Source of the DNA: Candidatus Eiseniibacteriota bacterium
GTDB lineage: Bacteria > Eisenbacteria > RBG-16-71-46 > CAVPCR01
Direction of reading: 5' to 3'
DNA length: 64,000 nt
Assembly: GCA_963823555.1 (NCBI GenBank)
Contig: CAWGMA010000001.1
Coordinates: 736,001-800,000, forward strand
Below are positions 9,739 to 19,514 of this stretch, piece by piece (the stretch's first letter is position 1; each line of letters starts with the position of its first letter). The translations under genes and the position numbers were made by a program. The notes below the pieces were generated by a model that ran no database searches, was not told where the DNA came from, and saw only the letters and a program-made list of their open reading frames with translations.

Positions 9739-10311
9739 ATGAGCAAGTTCGCGGAGTTCGATGCGGATTCGAGGCGGCAGCGTCGGCTCTCCGCCGGGGA
9801 CGGCCTCGTGATCCGGGCGCCGCGTGAATCGGATCTGCCGGAGCTGGCGGCGATCGCCGCCGAGAGGGAAGAGGAGCCGGTGGCGGACTGGCTCCAGGCC
9901 TTCGCGAGCATCTACGAGGAGAGCCGCGCCGGCCGGGCCCTGCTTCTGGTCGCCGTTTTCGATTCGGTCGTGGCCGGTTACGGCAAGGCAGCGGCCTTCG
10001 TTCCCCCTGCGGGCTCGCCCGCGAACGTCGCCCCGGAAGGCTGGTACCTGACCGGCGTCGTCGTCAGTCCAGCTCTCAGGCGGCGCAGTGTGGGAACGTT
10101 CCTGACGCGGGCGCGACTGGGCTGGATCGCCAGCCGCAGCGATCGGGCCTACTACGTCGCCAACGAGAAGAACGTCGTGAGCATCGAACTCCACCGCCGG
10201 CTCGGGTTCGTCGAGTTGACGCGCGATGTTTTCCATCCCCAGGTCCGGTTCACGGGTGGCCGTGGCATTCTCTTCGCATGCGACCTCCGCACCGGCGACT
10301 CGAACCGATGA
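9739..10311 (+). CDS. GNAT acetyltransferase
   Basis: GWYLTGVVVSPALRRRSVG and NVVSIELHRRLGF motifs. Confidence 0.85.
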   Translation: MSKFAEFDADSRRQRRLSAGDGLVIRAPRESDLPELAAIAAEREEEPVADWLQAFASIYEESRAGRALLLVAVFDSVVAGYGKAAAFVPPAGSPANVAPEGWYLTGVVVSPALRRRSVGTFLTRARLGWIASRSDRAYYVANEKNVVSIELHRRLGFVELTRDVFHPQVRFTGGRGILFACDLRTGDSNR

Positions 10312-10321
10312 CGAGATTCCG

Positions 10322-11032
10322 TTGAGAGTCGAGCAGCTATCCCATCTCACGCTTCTCTTCGCCGTTCTCCTCGCGCTCTTCATCGTCGGCCCCGCATTGC
10401 TTTCGGGCCCCTTCGGTCCGTACGCGCTCTTGAGGAGCGGCGATATCCTCGATCTCCTGACGCCGCTCGTGCTGATTCCTCTCTACTGGCTCCTCTTCCA
10501 GCACGGCGGCGCGAGCGCGCCCGGGCGCGCTCGCGCCGTGGCTTTCCTCGTTCTCGCAGCGCTCTGGGTCGAGGGCCAGGGCATGCACCTCGCGGCCAAT
10601 GCGATCGGCCATCTCGGCGAGGATTTCGCCGGCACGCCGGCCGCCGCTCTCGTTCACTTCATCGATGAGCGACTGAGTCACTTCATGTGGCATACGGGTC
10701 TGGCCGGGCTTTCGGCCCTTCTCATTCATCGCGAATGGTGGAGCCCGGTGTCCGATCGACCCGGTGGACCGGGATTCGAGATCGCAGCCGGCATCCTCTA
10801 TGGTATGACCTACTTTCTCGCGATCGTGGAGGGAGCCACGACGGTCCTCGGCCTTCCCTTCGCCGTGCTGGCAGTTGGCCTGCTCGGCGTGCGGGGATGG
10901 CGGAGGGTCTGCCGCCAACCGCTCCTGGTCTTCTTCTTCGTGGGCTACACGGTAGCCACCCTGTGCTTTCTGGCGTGGGGCATCGCCTGGCACGGATGGC
11001 CCGAGCCGAGCGCGGTCGGGATCATCGAGTAG
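10322..11032 (+). CDS. Multi-pass membrane hypothetical protein
   Basis: About 7 hydrophobic helices with GQGMHLAAN and DERLSH His motifs; start uncertain (in-frame TTG 10322; the ATG at 10308 is out of frame). Confidence 0.7.
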   Translation: MRVEQLSHLTLLFAVLLALFIVGPALLSGPFGPYALLRSGDILDLLTPLVLIPLYWLLFQHGGASAPGRARAVAFLVLAALWVEGQGMHLAANAIGHLGEDFAGTPAAALVHFIDERLSHFMWHTGLAGLSALLIHREWWSPVSDRPGGPGFEIAAGILYGMTYFLAIVEGATTVLGLPFAVLAVGLLGVRGWRRVCRQPLLVFFFVGYTVATLCFLAWGIAWHGWPEPSAVGIIE

Positions 11033-11047
11033 GATCGGGATCTGACG

Positions 11048-11632
11048 GTGCAGGATCGGAAAGGCATCAAGACGTCACCTCGGGACATTCCGGACGGCGC
11101 TTGGGTGTTCCATGCCAATGTTCCGCCGCGGCAGGCGTGCACGCGGTTCTTCGGGGCGAGCGCGGCCAGGGCGGTCGAGGCGGAGATCGAGATCGCGTGG
11201 GCGGGGCCGTCTCGCCTGCGTATCGCCGTTCCGGACGTCCCGCTCGCATGGGACATCGTGGTCCAGGAGACCGGGGCGACCCGATTGATGAACGCCATGG
11301 CCCGGCTCCTTCCGGGCGGCGCCTGGCGAAACCCGGCAGTTCTCGCTGCCATGGGGGCAGTGGCTGGACCGCTCCTGGGTGTGGGGCGCATCGGTCTCCA
11401 GGGAAGCGCGCCCAACGGCCAGCGGTTCATCGCCAATCCACACGTCCTGTGGGCGGTCGCCGACAGCCGGGCCGTCGTGGCGGGCGAGGATGTCGGGCCC
11501 CCAGGGCCGGTGACGCCGCAGGCTCGCTTGGGGGACTTCTGGATTCCGCAGCGCGGAATGCTGGCGATCGGCGCGGCCTATTTCGAACCGTTCGATCCGG
11601 CGCGTCATTCCGCCTGCACTTCGATCGTGTAG
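11048..11632 (+). pseudogene. Probably 5'-truncated conserved hypothetical protein
   Basis: GAWVFHANVPPRQACTRFFG...PNGQRF...QARLGDFWIPQRG resembles the C-terminal part of a longer family; weak start and no RBS. Confidence 0.5.
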
Positions 11633-11684
11633 CTGAGTGCGGGCTACCGGGTGGCGTACGGTCGATTGAGAGAGGAACGAGAAT

Positions 11685-12014
11685 ATGGCCTACGACGAAT
11701 CGGTGGCGGACCGCGTGCGTCAAGCTCTCAAGGGGCGCCGCCAGCTCGAAGAGAAGAGGATGTTCGGCGGGCTGGCCTTCATGCTTCGCGGGCACATGAT
11801 CTGTGGCGTGCTCGGCGATGAGCTCATGCTCCGGGTCGGGCCTGACGCCCATGACGGGGCGCTCGCGGCGCCCCATGTGCGGCCGATGGACTTCACGGGG
11901 AAACCGATGCGCGGGTTCGTTTTCGTCGAGCCGGCGGGTTTCGCGTCGGAGCGGGACCTCAAGGCGTGGGTCGAGAAGGCGGTCGATTTCTCACTCTCTC
12001 TCCGTGCCAAGTAG
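11685..12014 (+). CDS. TfoX N-terminal domain protein
   Basis: MAYDE...EKRMFGGLAFM...PMDFTGKPMRGFVFV. Confidence 0.9.
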   Translation: MAYDESVADRVRQALKGRRQLEEKRMFGGLAFMLRGHMICGVLGDELMLRVGPDAHDGALAAPHVRPMDFTGKPMRGFVFVEPAGFASERDLKAWVEKAVDFSLSLRAK

Positions 12015-12050
12015 GGGCTCCCAGGCCCTGGCGCAAGAAAGGAGGAGCCG

Positions 12051-12377
12051 ATGCGTCAAGGGATCGAATACACTCCCACTGAACGGTTCTGGCTGCTCAT
12101 CCTCGGCGTGTGCGGCCTCCTGGGCGTCAACGGCGCGTTTGCTTATGGCCTCCTCTACCGTCCCGGTGCTCTGAGTGCGGCGCTCGCCAACCCGCTGGCG
12201 GCTGCGTTCATCATCGAAGCGCTGATCCTGGTCTTCGTCTTCGCCTACCTCTTCCGGCGGTGGGGGGTAAGCCGGCTGGGGTGGGGTTGGTTCGTGTTGC
12301 TGTCGCTTGTGGGCAGCATGGCCTTCGCCATTCCGGTTGTCCTCCTGTTTCCGCGACGAAATGAAGGTGGCGGGTGA
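12051..12377 (+). CDS. Small three-TM membrane protein
   Basis: AGGAGG RBS; three hydrophobic segments. Confidence 0.75.
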   Translation: MRQGIEYTPTERFWLLILGVCGLLGVNGAFAYGLLYRPGALSAALANPLAAAFIIEALILVFVFAYLFRRWGVSRLGWGWFVLLSLVGSMAFAIPVVLLFPRRNEGGG

Positions 12378-12547
12378 GAGTGCCAGGTTGCCAGACATCG
12401 GCAATCAGGACAAATGCATGATGTTTGCTGGTGAACGGAGAGTGCAATCATTGGAACCCGCCATGCCCCTGCCTAGTAAATCCTGGGAAGCGGCTGGCGC
12501 TTCTTGGACGCCAGCGTTTTGGGACTTCGACTAGGAGGAGGATTGCG

Positions 12548-12817
12548 ATGGCCAGTTACGTTCTCATCCGGCACCGGGTGCGGGACTTCGTGGAATGGAA
12601 GAAGGAGTACGACAAACATCTGGCTAAGCGTAACGAAGCGACGCTCACGGAGCGGCAACTTCTGCACGGTTCGAACGACCCGAATGAAGTGGTCGTGCTC
12701 TTCGAGGTCGGCGACATGAAGCGCGCCAAGGCGTTTGCCGAGTCCGCCGATCTCAGGGAGACAATGCAGAAGGCCGGCGTGCTCGACAGGCCGGATGTCC
12801 ATTTCCTCAACGATTGA
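12548..12817 (+). CDS. Small ferredoxin-like/ABM-type ('cyclase') protein
   Basis: AGGAGG RBS; IRHRVRDFVEWK...DPNEVVVLFE...MQKAGV. Confidence 0.75.
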   Translation: MASYVLIRHRVRDFVEWKKEYDKHLAKRNEATLTERQLLHGSNDPNEVVVLFEVGDMKRAKAFAESADLRETMQKAGVLDRPDVHFLND

Positions 12818-12871
12818 CGCTGCCAGCAAGCAACGCCGCGGTGAGGCCGCCCCGGCGGAGGTCATCGGGCC

Positions 12872-13171
12872 ATGTGCAGGAGCATCAGGACGCTGTTCAA
12901 TTTCGAGCCGCCGGTCACGGATGAGGAGATTCAGGCTGCGTCGCTTCAGTTCGTGCGCAAGCTGACCGGGTTCACGCGGCCGTCGCGGGCCAACGAAGCT
13001 GCGTTCGGACAGGCTGTCGACCGGGTTTCGGCGGTGGCCCGGGAGCTCCTCGATTCGCTCGTGACAACCGCGCCGCCGCGCAACCGCGTAGTTGAGGCGG
13101 CGAAGGTGCAATCCCGAGCCGCGACGCGGGTCGGGAGAACGGATGCGAGAGAGCCGCAGGGCGTGTCGTGA
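12872..13171 (+). CDS. DUF2277 family protein
   Basis: MCRSIRTLFNFEPP...ASLQFVRKL...PSRANEAAF. Confidence 0.9.
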   Translation: MCRSIRTLFNFEPPVTDEEIQAASLQFVRKLTGFTRPSRANEAAFGQAVDRVSAVARELLDSLVTTAPPRNRVVEAAKVQSRAATRVGRTDAREPQGVS

Positions 13172-13203
13172 TATGACACGGTTCCGCAACGGAAAGTGAG
13201 GCG

Positions 13204-13575
13204 ATGGTGGCCGCCTTGATCACGGCACCGACGGTCATTGCCGCTGCCGGCAATCTGCCAAAGCGGATCGAGGAATTCGTCGGGCGGGTGAACTCGGGGA
13301 CGCCCGAGGTGAGCATCGCGCGGATGACGAGCCCGGCCGGGTGGCAGGAACCCGGACAGAGGCCGGAGTTCACCGAGTACACGGTCGTCCTCCGCGGAGA
13401 GCTCACAGTGGAGACGGAGGGCTCGGCCCTCAAAGTGGGGGCCGGGCAGGCCGTCGTCGTTCCCGCGGGCGAGTGGGTGCGCTATAGCACGCCGGGAGCG
13501 GAGGGCGCCGAGTACGTGGCGATCTGCCTCCCGGCGTTCTCGCCCGAAACGGTGCATCGAGATGAGAGCCGGTAG
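13204..13575 (+). CDS. Cupin domain protein (EutQ-like)
   Basis: KRIEEFVGRVNS, WQEPGQRPEF and CLPAFSPETVHRD motifs. Confidence 0.85.
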   Translation: MVAALITAPTVIAAAGNLPKRIEEFVGRVNSGTPEVSIARMTSPAGWQEPGQRPEFTEYTVVLRGELTVETEGSALKVGAGQAVVVPAGEWVRYSTPGAEGAEYVAICLPAFSPETVHRDESR

Positions 13576-13576
13576 C

Positions 13577-13810
13577 CATGGCGTGCTCGGCGAGGCCCAT
13601 CGCGTCCTGAAGCCCGGGGGTTTCCTCCAGTTCTCGATCACGCATCCCCGCTTCGATACGCCTCTTCGGCGGACTCTCCGCCACCCCGACGGCATGTCCT
13701 ATGCCGTCGAGGTCGGTGACTACTTCCGCCATGCCGATGATGCGCAGGTCGTGGCGCACTTCCTTCGCTTCCGGGTGCGAAAGCCGTCTCCGGACCGAGA
13801 CCGTGATTGA
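13577..13810 (+). pseudogene. Remnant of a class I SAM methyltransferase (5' half lost, probable internal deletion)
   Basis: EAHRVLKPGGFLQFSITHP...EVGDYFR joined almost directly to DAQVVAHFLRFRVRK; no motif I. Confidence 0.7.
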
Positions 13811-13893
13811 CAGTCTGATCGTCATTGACAAGACTGGACGGTATCTCCCCGGCTACACCGCGACGATGTCATTAGATGTAAGGAGAATCCGAC

Positions 13894-14355
13894 ATGGAAA
13901 TGCCGAAGCCGAGCCCGGGACACAAGCGTCTGGAGAGGATGGCGGGTCACTGGGAAGGGGAGGAGAAGATGCATCCCTCCCAGTGGGATCCGAAGGGCGG
14001 CACCGCCATCGCGAGCATGAAGAGCGAGTATGCGTTGAGCGGATTCGCGCTCATCGGCGACTACGAGCAGAAGCGTGGCGGCACGGTCACGTTCACCGGC
14101 CACAGCGTCATGACCTACAACGCCAAGGACGATCTCTATTCGCTCCACTGGTTCGATTGCATGGGCACCCCTCCCGAGGTCTTCACGGGGCGCTTCCAGG
14201 GTGACATCCTGGTCGCCGCGCACGGCGGACCGGGGACGCATGCGCGCCTCACCTATGACCTGAGCAACCCGCAAGAGATGAAGTCGAAGATGGAGATGTC
14301 GGAAGACGGTAAGAAGTGGATGACGATGTTCGAGGGGAGCTACAAGCGAGTCTGA
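13894..14355 (+). CDS. DUF1579-family protein
   Basis: PKPSPGHKRLERMAGHWEG...HWFDCMG...WMTMFEGSYKR; AAGGAG RBS. Confidence 0.85.
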   Translation: MEMPKPSPGHKRLERMAGHWEGEEKMHPSQWDPKGGTAIASMKSEYALSGFALIGDYEQKRGGTVTFTGHSVMTYNAKDDLYSLHWFDCMGTPPEVFTGRFQGDILVAAHGGPGTHARLTYDLSNPQEMKSKMEMSEDGKKWMTMFEGSYKRV

Positions 14356-14402
14356 TTCCCGGACGGCGCGATGCAGCTCGGCTAGCGGGCAAGGAGAAGC
14401 CA

Positions 14403-15131
14403 ATGCCGATCACCAACAAACAGTCGGGGACCAACATCGCAGAGGTGGCCGAAGGGATATACCGCATCAACACGCCCTTGGCCATTCCCGGCGGTCCCGA
14501 GTTCTCGTTCAATCAATACCTCATCGTCGATGAGGAGCCGCTGCTCTTTCACACCGGGCCGCGCCGGATGTTCCCTCTCGTCCGCGAGGCGGTCGCGAGC
14601 GTGGCGCCGGTCGAGAAGCTTCGCTACATCGGCTTCTCGCATGTCGAGTCGGACGAGTGCGGATCGCTGAACGAGTGGCTCGCGGCGGCTCCCAAGTCGT
14701 CGCCCCTGTGCGGCAAGATCGCCGCTCTCGTGTCGGTCGACGATCTCGCCGACCGGCCGGCGCGATCGCTCGCCGACGGTGAGACGCTCTCGCTGGGGAA
14801 GCATGCGGTCCAGTGGTTCGATGCGCCACACCTGCCGCACGGCTGGGAATGCGGGTTCATCTTCGAGTCGAGGACGAAGACGCTTTTCTGCGGCGATCTC
14901 TTCACCCAGCCGGGCTTTGGGGCGGAGGCCGTGGTGGAGACGGACATCCTGGGGCCGAGCGAGGCGTTCCGGGCGCAGATGGACTATTACTCTCACGCCA
15001 GGAACACGCGGGCGATGATCGAGCGCCTGGCGGCGACGGGGCCGACCACACTCGCCTGCATGCATGGGAGCGCGTGGCGCGGCGACGGCGGGAAGCTCCT
15101 CCGAGCGCTGGGAGACGCGGTTTCGCGCTGA
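14403..15131 (+). CDS. MBL-fold di-iron protein (ODP/FprA N-terminal-like)
   Basis: FNQYLI, SHVESDECG, PHLPHGWE, LFCGDLF and ACMHGS motifs. Confidence 0.85.
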   Translation: MPITNKQSGTNIAEVAEGIYRINTPLAIPGGPEFSFNQYLIVDEEPLLFHTGPRRMFPLVREAVASVAPVEKLRYIGFSHVESDECGSLNEWLAAAPKSSPLCGKIAALVSVDDLADRPARSLADGETLSLGKHAVQWFDAPHLPHGWECGFIFESRTKTLFCGDLFTQPGFGAEAVVETDILGPSEAFRAQMDYYSHARNTRAMIERLAATGPTTLACMHGSAWRGDGGKLLRALGDAVSR

Positions 15132-15160
15132 TCGTTCAAGCGAGGAGCGAGACTCGGGAC

Positions 15161-15808
15161 ATGCTGAATGCTGAATCAATCAGGAAGCTGTCTTGGGAGG
15201 GAGTGGTGGTGTCCGTTCAGCCGCGCATCCGGCTCATGCGGTCCTTCGACGAGCGGAGCCACAGCTATCTGGGTTACGCACTTCGCGTCCGCGGTAAGAG
15301 GGATGACACCGAGTCGGAGTTCTCGGTCGGTATCGGGAAGGCCGCACAGGCGAAACACGGCTTCCGAGTCGGTGACCGGGTTGCGGGCCTTGCGCAGGCA
15401 GTTCCGGACCCTCGGCTGGAAGCAGTGGACCTGTACAAGGCAAGCGCGTTGAAGCTGGTCGGGCGGGAAGAAGCGGAGATCAGATCGGCCGGTCCTCCTT
15501 GGCACGGTGTCCCGCCGGAGCTGGCGGACTACCGGGAGCGCGGACATCGGCGGCTCGATCCACGAACGTACGAGAGCAGGTGTTTCAGCTGCATCTGGGG
15601 CTGTCGGATGCCGGTAGAGATGATTGTGGATCACTGGAATCCCGGACTGAAGCGATACCGGTTCGAGACCTTCTGCTACGGCCCGAAGAATTGCCGGCTC
15701 TATCGGGCGGGTAGCACGCGCAAGGTCCCCGGACGACGGGGGATGAGCTGGGAGGAGGCGGACTGGGTCGATGCCGACGCGACTTCGCACCGCGCCGACG
15801 ACGAGTGA
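15161..15808 (+). CDS. Hypothetical protein with OB-like N-terminus and Cys cluster
   Basis: VQPRIRLMRSFDERSHSYLGY...CFSCIWGC...FCYGPKNC. Confidence 0.7.
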   Translation: MLNAESIRKLSWEGVVVSVQPRIRLMRSFDERSHSYLGYALRVRGKRDDTESEFSVGIGKAAQAKHGFRVGDRVAGLAQAVPDPRLEAVDLYKASALKLVGREEAEIRSAGPPWHGVPPELADYRERGHRRLDPRTYESRCFSCIWGCRMPVEMIVDHWNPGLKRYRFETFCYGPKNCRLYRAGSTRKVPGRRGMSWEEADWVDADATSHRADDE

Positions 15809-15966
15809 ACCGTACCGGGCAACATGACAAGGGGTTCAGGAGGACGCCGGACCCGCCGACTTCCTCGGTTGCTCCGGCTCTGCTAGGATCGATTGACCAG
15901 TAGCCGCAGCACGCCGCTCGGTCGCATGGAATCCACCGCCGGAGGCGGCGCGCGAGGGAGGTCCGG

Positions 15967-18900
15967 ATGCGTCTCCCTGCGATTGCCTTTCTCCTCGTTC
16001 TGGCTGCAGCCGCGAAGCCCCCGCCTGCCGCATCACAGGTCCTTGTCCTGAATGAGTACCTCGCCGCCAATGCCTTCGGCATAGAGGACGAGGACGGCGA
16101 CCACGAGGACTGGCTCGAGCTCTACAACACAGGTCCAGCCCGTGTCGATCTGACCGGGTTCGCCCTCTCGGACGATCCGGGTGTGCCCCTCAAGTGGATC
16201 TTCTCCCGAACCGTCATCGATCCCGGCGCCTTCCTTCTCGTCTTTGCCTCCGACAAGGATCGCCGGGATTGGGCGGGGCATCTCGAGACGGTCATCGACC
16301 AGGGCGATGAGTGGCGGTACCGAATCGGAACCTCCGAGCCGCCATCGACATGGCGCACCCTCGGGTTCGACGACTCATCGTGGAGCGAGGGGCCGAGCGG
16401 GTTCGGATACGGCGATGGCGATGATGCGACGATCATTCCGAACACGATCTCCCTTCACATCCGCAAGCGGTTCATCGTCGCCGATCCAGACGAAATCACC
16501 TTCATCCTCCTCCATGTCGACTACGATGACGGCTTCGTCGCCTACCTGAACGACGTCGAGATTGCGCGGGCCAATGTCGGTGAGCCCGGCGATCACCCCC
16601 CCTTCGACCAGTCGGCGTCGGGAGAGCACGAAGCGCTGATGTACCAGGGCCTGCCGCCGGAGGCCTTCCGCGTGGCTCTGGACCCCTCCGCCTTGCTGCA
16701 ACCGGGCACGAATGTCCTTGCCATCCAGGCTCACAACATTGCGCTCGATTCGAGCGACATGACGATGATCCCGTTTATGACCCTGGGTATGGTCGCCCCG
16801 CCGCCCGATCCGGTTGGCACTCCCGAGGTGCTCGAACTCGAGCTCCCCAATCTCCACACCAACTTCAAGATCGACGCTGCGGGGGAAATGGTGGCGCTAC
16901 GCGATGGCGCAGGGCAGCTTGTCGACAGCATCGCGACAGGGCCGATGACGACCGATGTGTCGCGCGGCCGGAGCCCGGATGGAAGCCCGGAATGGTTCTT
17001 CTTCACCGCACCCTCTCCCGGCGGGAGCAACGCCGGCCCCGGTTATCCGGGTTTCACCCCGGATCCCGCCTTCTCCATGCCCGCCGGGTTCTACGCGGGG
17101 GAGGTCGCGGTCAGCTTGAGCAACTCCCTCCCCGAGGCCGTCACCACCTACACGACCGACGGCGGGGATCCCTCGCCGTCATCCCCGTCCTATACTGCTC
17201 CGCTACTCATCGACAGCACGATGGTCGTGAGGGCGCGATCGTTCGCTCCCGGCCTCGCTCCGAGCGCGATCCAGACCCGGACCTACTTCATCGACGAGGA
17301 GATCACGCTGCCGGTGGTGTCGCTCACCACCGATCCGCCGAACCTCTGGGACGAGGAGATCGGGATCTACACCTTCGGGCCCGACTACAACCCGATTCCG
17401 CCCTACTTCGGCGCCAACTTCTGGCAGGACTGGGAGCGGCCGGTCCACGTCGAGTACTTCGCGCCGGGTGGGGCCCTCGGCTTCCGCCTGGACGCCGGCG
17501 TCAAGATCCACGGCAACCACAGCCGGTCCTTCCCGCAGAAGAGCCTCCTCATCCTGGCGCGAAGCGGATATGGCACCGAGGAGATCGACTACCCCCTGTT
17601 CGAGGAGCGAGAGAACACGCGCTTCAAGCGCATCATCCTCCGTAACGCGGGGCAGGACTGGTGCCTGTCCATGTTCCGGGATGCGTTCTGCCACCGTCTG
17701 GCGGAGCGGGGCGACATCGAGCGCATGGCCTACAGCCCCGCCATCGTGTTCATCAACGGCGAGTACTGGGGCATCCACAACATCCGCGAGCGGCTTGATG
17801 AGCACTACCTGGGGACCTACTTCCCGGTCGATCCCGAGAACCTCGACATTCTCGAGGACGAGCAGGAAGTGGTCGAAGGCGACGCCGATCACTACCTTGC
17901 GATGCTCGATTTCATCGCGAGCCACGATCTCAGCCTCGATGAGAACCTCGAGGTGGTCGAGACCATGATGGAGACCGCCAACTTCGCCGAGTACTGCCTG
18001 TATGAGATCTACTTGAGCAACCAGGACTGGCCCTGGACGAACATCAAGTACTGGCGCCCGCGCACGCCCGGCGGCCGCTGGCGCTGGCTCTACTTCGATC
18101 TGGATCGAACCATGGGGGGCTATGGCGGGATCGATCTCGAGCGGGCCACGGATCCGGATGGGCCCGGCGGGGTCCATCCTTGGTCCACCTTCCTGCTCGT
18201 CAACTTGCTCCGCAACGAAGGGTTCAAGAACGCGTTCATCAACCGCTACGCCGACCACCTGAACACGACCTTCAAGGTCTCGGAGATGCTGGCGCACCGG
18301 GACCGATTCCGTTCCACGCTCCTCCCCGAGGTCGAGCGGCACTATGCGCGCTGGGAGTGGCCGATCGGGAGCTGGTACAACCACATGACCATGATCTCGA
18401 CCTTCATCACCCAGCGCCCGGCGTATGCGGTGAACCACATCCTCGGCAAGTTCGGGCTGCCGGGGACCCTGAATCTCACCCTCGGCGTCCAGCCGCCCGG
18501 GTCAGGGCGCATCCGGCTGACGGCGATCACGATCGACACCCTGTGGTCGGGGACCTACTTCAAGACGGTGCCCATTCCGTTGACCGCGGTGCCGGCTCCT
18601 GGCTACGCGTTCGCCGGGTGGTCCGATCCCAGTCTGCCCCAGGAGCCTTCGGTGACGATCAGTCCGGAGAGCCACTACGGAGTGCTCGCTCTCTTCGCGC
18701 CGGCCGAGGGTGGAGTGGTCATCAACGAGATCAACTACAACTCGGCGCCCGACTTCGATCCCGAGGACTGGGTCGAGTTCCACAACTCCCTGGGGCAGGC
18801 CATCGATATCTCCGGCTGGCAGTTCAAGGACGCGGATGACGCGCATGTCTACGTCTTCGCTCCGGGGACGGTGCTTCCGGCCGGGGATTATCTCGTGCTG

Positions 18901-19512
18901 TGCCGGGACCTGGCCATGTTCGGGGCGCGGTTTCCGGGCGTGACGAACGTTGTGGGGGACATGTCGTTCGGGCTGGATGGCGGAGGGGAACTGGTGCGGC
19001 TCTTCGATGCAGGCGATGTGCTCGCGGACTGGGTTGCGTATGACGATGGCGCACCCTGGCCGCCGGAACCGGACGGACAGGGGCCAACGCTCGAACTCAT
19101 CGATGCCTTCGTCGACAACGGGCTCGCGGAGAACTGGGCGGCGTCGATTGCCACTCACGGCACGCCGGGAGCGATGAACAGCGTGTCGACGGGGACGGGG
19201 ATCGAGGTGGCTGCGGGGGTGGCGGGAGCGCCGCGGCGCCTGGAGCTCAGGGGAGCGTATCCGAACCCCTTCAACCCGACGACGACCTTTGGGCTCGGGA
19301 TCCCGGAGCGTGGCGTGGTGCGGCTCTCGGTGCACGACACGGCGGGGCGGCTGGTGCGGATCGTCGTGGCGGGGGAGATGGATGTGGGGTGGCATGAGGC
19401 CACCTGGGACGGGCGCAACGAAGATGGGCAGCGCGTGGCATCGGGGATCTACTTCGCGGAGCTCGAGGCCGGGGGGCGGGCGGCGCAGCGGAAGGTCGTG
19501 ATGCTCAAGTAG
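15967..19512 (+). CDS. Secreted CotH-kinase-family protein with lamin-tail domains, Fn3-like domain and C-terminal FlgD-Ig domain
   Basis: Signal peptide; LNEY...DWLELYN and VVINEINYN...DWVEFHN (LTD); SRSFPQKSL, INGEYWGIHNIRE, NQDWP and WLYFDLD (CotH); YPNPFNP...WDGRNEDG...SGIYF. Confidence 0.9.
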   Translation: MRLPAIAFLLVLAAAAKPPPAASQVLVLNEYLAANAFGIEDEDGDHEDWLELYNTGPARVDLTGFALSDDPGVPLKWIFSRTVIDPGAFLLVFASDKDRRDWAGHLETVIDQGDEWRYRIGTSEPPSTWRTLGFDDSSWSEGPSGFGYGDGDDATIIPNTISLHIRKRFIVADPDEITFILLHVDYDDGFVAYLNDVEIARANVGEPGDHPPFDQSASGEHEALMYQGLPPEAFRVALDPSALLQPGTNVLAIQAHNIALDSSDMTMIPFMTLGMVAPPPDPVGTPEVLELELPNLHTNFKIDAAGEMVALRDGAGQLVDSIATGPMTTDVSRGRSPDGSPEWFFFTAPSPGGSNAGPGYPGFTPDPAFSMPAGFYAGEVAVSLSNSLPEAVTTYTTDGGDPSPSSPSYTAPLLIDSTMVVRARSFAPGLAPSAIQTRTYFIDEEITLPVVSLTTDPPNLWDEEIGIYTFGPDYNPIPPYFGANFWQDWERPVHVEYFAPGGALGFRLDAGVKIHGNHSRSFPQKSLLILARSGYGTEEIDYPLFEERENTRFKRIILRNAGQDWCLSMFRDAFCHRLAERGDIERMAYSPAIVFINGEYWGIHNIRERLDEHYLGTYFPVDPENLDILEDEQEVVEGDADHYLAMLDFIASHDLSLDENLEVVETMMETANFAEYCLYEIYLSNQDWPWTNIKYWRPRTPGGRWRWLYFDLDRTMGGYGGIDLERATDPDGPGGVHPWSTFLLVNLLRNEGFKNAFINRYADHLNTTFKVSEMLAHRDRFRSTLLPEVERHYARWEWPIGSWYNHMTMISTFITQRPAYAVNHILGKFGLPGTLNLTLGVQPPGSGRIRLTAITIDTLWSGTYFKTVPIPLTAVPAPGYAFAGWSDPSLPQEPSVTISPESHYGVLALFAPAEGGVVINEINYNSAPDFDPEDWVEFHNSLGQAIDISGWQFKDADDAHVYVFAPGTVLPAGDYLVLCRDLAMFGARFPGVTNVVGDMSFGLDGGGELVRLFDAGDVLADWVAYDDGAPWPPEPDGQGPTLELIDAFVDNGLAENWAASIATHGTPGAMNSVSTGTGIEVAAGVAGAPRRLELRGAYPNPFNPTTTFGLGIPERGVVRLSVHDTAGRLVRIVVAGEMDVGWHEATWDGRNEDGQRVASGIYFAELEAGGRAAQRKVVMLK

Positions 19513-19514
19513 GG

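Noticed and set aside
12493..12520. Leader terminator or riboswitch before the 12548 gene
   Set aside because: A 7-bp stem with a short T run could simply end the upstream transcript; no aptamer recognised
276..15808. Bona fide integron
   Set aside because: No integrase and no recurring attC-like (RYYYAAC...GTTRRRY) spacers seen; many genes abut or overlap
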